In this document: positions 61,901 to 64,000 of the stretch, in pieces
Layout of the letters: each line of letters opens with the position of its first letter
Numbering within the stretch: the first letter of the stretch is position 1
From: Octopus bimaculoides
Lineage: Eukaryota
Length of the DNA stretch: 64,000 nt
Assembly: GCF_001194135.2 (NCBI RefSeq)
Contig: NC_068984.1
Span: 11,216,910 to 11,280,909, forward strand
Reading direction: 5' to 3'
The notes under the pieces: generated by a model
Databases searched by the model: none
Seen by the model: only the letters and a program-made list of their open reading frames with translations
Told to the model about the DNA's origin: nothing
Position numbers and translations under genes: made by a program

Positions 61901-63245
61901 GACCCCAGGACTTATTCTTTGTACGCCTAGTACTTATTCTATAGGTTTCTTTTGCCGAACCACTAGGTTACGGGGACGTAAACACACCAGCATCGGTTGT
62001 CAAGCGATGTTGGGGGGACAAACACACAAACATATACACACACACACACACACACACANNNNNNNNNNNNNNNNNNNNNNNNNNNNNNNNNNNNNNNNNN
62101 NNNNNNNNNNNNNNNNNNNNNNNNNNNNNNNNNNNNNNNNNNNNNNNNNNNNNNNNNNNNNNNNNNNNNNNNNNNNNNNNNNNNNNNNNNNNNNNNNNNN
62201 TATATATATATATATATATATATATATGACGGGCTTCTTTCAGTTTCCGTCTACCAAATCCACTCACATGGCTTTGATCGGCCCAAGGCTATAGTAGAAG
62301 ACACTTGCCCAAGGGGCCACGCAGTGGGACTGAACCCGGAACCATGTGGTTCGTAAGCAAGCTACTTACCACACAGCCACTCCTACGCCTTGCTAAATAT
62401 ATTTTTTTTTAGTTCAGCTTTTTAATGATGCTATTTATACGACAGTGACACATGTTGAAAACTATTGCACAATGTCCAAACAAAATGACAAACACACACA
62501 CACACATCTACGCGTATGATAAACTTCTGTTTCTGCAAATCAAATCCACTCAAAAAGTGTTGGTCAGCCCAAACCTATTGTAGAAGTCACCCAAGACGTT
62601 GCACAGTAGGACTAAACCAGAAACCACTATGCATGCTGTATGCATACGTCTGTTACATGTGTGCATGTGCATGCACAGGTACATGCACGTGCATGCACAG
62701 GTATGTGCATGTGTGAAAGCATGCATTAACACTGCTTGGGTAGCAATATACTTTTTATGTCCTACACAAGCCACAAGTGATGCAGTTTGTCAGTTCAGTA
62801 TTCAATGATCAGCGGAACAAAAGTGCAGGGTGGTGGAAATATCACAAAGGGGTCTGAAATAATTTGTTTCTGAGTGTGTTTATATATGAGTACACATATT
62901 GACCGCATATATCACAGAGCCTCTCAAAACTAGAGACCATTAATTATTACCCAAGTTTAATAAGTCAAATCACCATGAACCAAAAAACAAGTTCAACCCA
63001 TCAGCAGCTGCCTAACAGATATCATTATACTTTCAACAGCAAAAGGATACAATCCCTAAGCCAACTTTTCCAACAGGTGTCACTACAGGGGGTTTAATAC
63101 ATTTGCCAGGTGTTGTATAATCACTCTCATGTAAACTCAAGCCTTTGATGTCTGCATCAAACATATGGATTTTTTCATAGGTTGTAACAACATGGCCATC
63201 ACTGTTGATAATAATATGTGTATTTTTCACAAATTGGTCCGTGTT
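44933..63245 (-). CDS. NitFhit: Nitrilase (Nit1 / deaminated-glutathione amidase-like) - Fhit (diadenosine triphosphate hydrolase) fusion protein; 5' exons lie beyond the window end
   Basis: Eight exons with compatible phases: 63245-63051, 61058-60948, 58757-58656, 56701-56539, 52974-52849, 52503-52328, 50321-50253, 45028-44933. Nit motifs [45 protein letters not shown]; Fhit motifs [12 protein letters not shown], [20 protein letters not shown], NDDIY, EEMEAEA. Confidence 0.95.
45350..45578. mobile_element. hAT (Charlie/Buster-type) MITE
   Basis: TIRs cagtggttctca / tgagaaccacta; 8-bp TSD gtatagct / gtatagat. Confidence 0.8.
45592..45948 (+). mobile_element. tRNA-derived SINE, head C + tail Y
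   Basis: Head tggaggtgcaatggtccagtggttagg...aaaacacctgaagctccacgagg joined to gttgtacctgtatttcaaagggccagcc; TSD atagatgtaag / atagatgcaag (45581-45591, 45949-45959). Confidence 0.85.
48330..48900 (+). mobile_element. Decayed RTE-clade LINE RT fragment
   Basis: [55 protein letters not shown]. Confidence 0.8.
49915..50140 (-). mobile_element. C-terminal restriction-like endonuclease fragment of an RLE-type non-LTR retrotransposon
   Basis: [48 protein letters not shown] matches the D-V-x-x-P...E-K-x-x-K-Y-x-x-L RLE motif. Confidence 0.8.
50253..50321 (-). CDS. NitFhit: NitFhit exon with histidine triad ([23 protein letters not shown])
   Basis: Acceptor tttgttgcag|cat, donor aaag|gtaaat, 69 nt. 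Confidence 0.95.
50404..50630. mobile_element. piggyBac-type MITE family 2
   Basis: ttaa|ccatttcgcattcagattactctg...taaaggg; related copies in the opposite orientation at about 218-430, 47068-47220 and 61124-61325. Confidence 0.7.
52328..52503 (-). CDS. NitFhit: NitFhit exon, Fhit core ([59 protein letters not shown])
   Basis: Acceptor tttactgaag|at, donor taag|gtaaga, phase 1 in and 0 out. Confidence 0.95.
52849..52974 (-). CDS. NitFhit: NitFhit exon, linker and start of Fhit domain ([42 protein letters not shown])
   Basis: Acceptor tttttcactag|aa, donor ggac|gtatcc, phase 1/1. Confidence 0.93.
54503..54692. mobile_element. Tigger/pogo-type MITE
   Basis: TIRs cagtaatccctcacctatcgcg / cacgatagttgaaggattactg; TA on the left, TG (mutated) on the right. 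Confidence 0.75.
54968..55180 (-). mobile_element. SINE family A (tail ...aagtaccagttgtgtactggggtcgat...ccttgtgcctagagtagaa)
   Basis: Related copies at about 460-650 (-), 38815-39025 (+), 63740-63950 (-), 36740-36900 and 19430-19620 (degenerate); B-box-like gagttcaaattc. Confidence 0.75.
56539..56701 (-). CDS. NitFhit: NitFhit exon, end of Nit domain ([54 protein letters not shown])
   Basis: Acceptor ttttcaacag|gta, donor actg|gtaaga, phase 0 in and 1 out; DPWG and HRRxDLY motifs. Confidence 0.95.
57621..57941 (-). mobile_element. tRNA-derived SINE, head C + tail X, full-length and apparently young
   Basis: A box tggcccagtgg, B box ggtttcgattccc; exact 14-bp TSD agcatgtaaatata (57607-57620, 57942-57955). 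Confidence 0.9.
58656..58757 (-). CDS. NitFhit: NitFhit exon ([34 protein letters not shown])
   Basis: Acceptor atatttccag|tca, donor aatg|gtgaga, 102 nt. Confidence 0.95.
58846..59404. mobile_element. Non-autonomous DNA transposon, Merlin-like (GG-terminal TIRs, 8-bp TSD)
   Basis: 37-bp TIRs with 2 mismatches (58846-58882, 59368-59404); exact TSD aaatctgc (58838-58845, 59405-59412). Confidence 0.8.
60722..60933. mobile_element. piggyBac-type MITE family 1
   Basis: ttaa|cccttt...aaaggg|ttaa; internal sequence is the reverse complement of 3311-3521. Confidence 0.8.
60948..61058 (-). CDS. NitFhit: NitFhit exon beginning with catalytic Cys ([37 protein letters not shown])
   Basis: Acceptor ttcttttgag|tgt (GAG), donor ggaa|gtaagc, 111 nt, phase 0/0. 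Confidence 0.93.
61827..62390 (-). mobile_element. SINE family B (tRNA-like head, internal (TA)n(TG)n microsatellite), near-complete copy
   Basis: Head ggagtggctgtgtggtaagtagcttgct...gggttcagtccc; fragments at about 4625-4830, 12340-12670, 16200-16330, 21015-21310, 51350-51520, 53120-53520, 55460-55610, 56080-56190, 62520-62630. Confidence 0.85.
63051..63245 (-). CDS. NitFhit: NitFhit exon, Nit domain with catalytic Lys ([30 protein letters not shown]...[13 protein letters not shown])
   Basis: Acceptor tttactttcag|aac, donor gatt|gtatcc, 195 nt, phase 0/0. Confidence 0.93.
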
Positions 63246-64000
63246 CTGAAAGTAAAAATGATAAATCTGATAATGTCAAGTTTGTCTTCGTTTCTACAAA
63301 ACAGCAAAAAGGAATTGGAAAGGAATTGAACATAATAAATGGCAAACTCAAGTAAGAAAAAAAAAAGAAAAAAAAAGCCATATGAAGAAAGCTTATCAAG
63401 TCATGCCAAAACCATGAACAGTTGTAGTCGCTATGACTGACTGCAAATAATTATTACTGTTATCACATAGTCAGGGAGAACGAATGACCCTTTATTGGTT
63501 CTTTAAAACTGGTGGCCATGAAGAAGGTATCCTCAAACCAGACAGTGCTTTCAATAGAGCAAACTATTGCCAGATTGGATTGGAGCCTGGTGCAGCCTTC
63601 TGGCTCACCAGCCCTCAATCAAACCGTCAAACCCATGCCAGCATGGAAAGTGGACGTTAAACGACGATGATGACGAAACTCTGCTCAAGGCACCCAAAGA
63701 CCAGGTGATGGTGATAAATGGAGTACGCAGGCCATAATAGGATTTGAACTCAGAATCAAGAGAGCTGAAACACATACTGCAAAGAACCTACCTGGTTTAA
63801 CACTCAACAATTCCACCAATCCACTACCCTAGACTGGTACTTCACTTACTGACCCATAGACGGATGAAAGACAAAGTTGACCTCTTCAGCATTTGAACAT
63901 AAAATGCAAGGAACCAGAATACAAATCAATTCATCCAATGTTCTAACCATTCTGACTGATTTAGTTCCAACTTAGAATCCATCTATCCATGCAATGCCTA

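Overview
This is intron-rich, AT-rich animal genomic DNA with three assembly gaps. The repeat content is consistent with an octopus/cephalopod genome (inference: RTE-LINE 3' tails ending in (GAT)n, tRNA-derived SINEs, abundant microsatellites). Two genes converge tail-to-tail. On the + strand is the 3' part of a MAGI-family scaffold gene, with PDZ4, linker, PDZ5 and C-terminal exons from 2098 to 38085. On the - strand is a Nit1-Fhit fusion gene (NitFhit) with 8 exons from 63245 to 44933, carrying the nitrilase catalytic Lys/Cys and an intact HVHVH triad; its first exons lie beyond the window. The introns hold RTE LINE fragments, a restriction-like-endonuclease LINE fragment, a Tc1 transposon, several MITEs (piggyBac-type, hAT, Tc1/pogo, Merlin-like) and several SINE families. 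Four observations stand out. (1) All four combinations of two SINE heads and two SINE tails occur as separate insertions, each with its own target-site duplication. (2) The MAGI last exon has a probable second, frame-shifted C-terminus ending in a class I PDZ-binding motif, reachable by splicing a 67-nt intron. (3) A 559-bp Merlin-like element has 37-bp TIRs, an exact 8-bp TSD and nested inverted repeats. (4) The exon that begins with the nitrilase catalytic Cys uses a rare GAG acceptor and lies between two MITEs. All exon boundaries were read by eye; no database searches were run.
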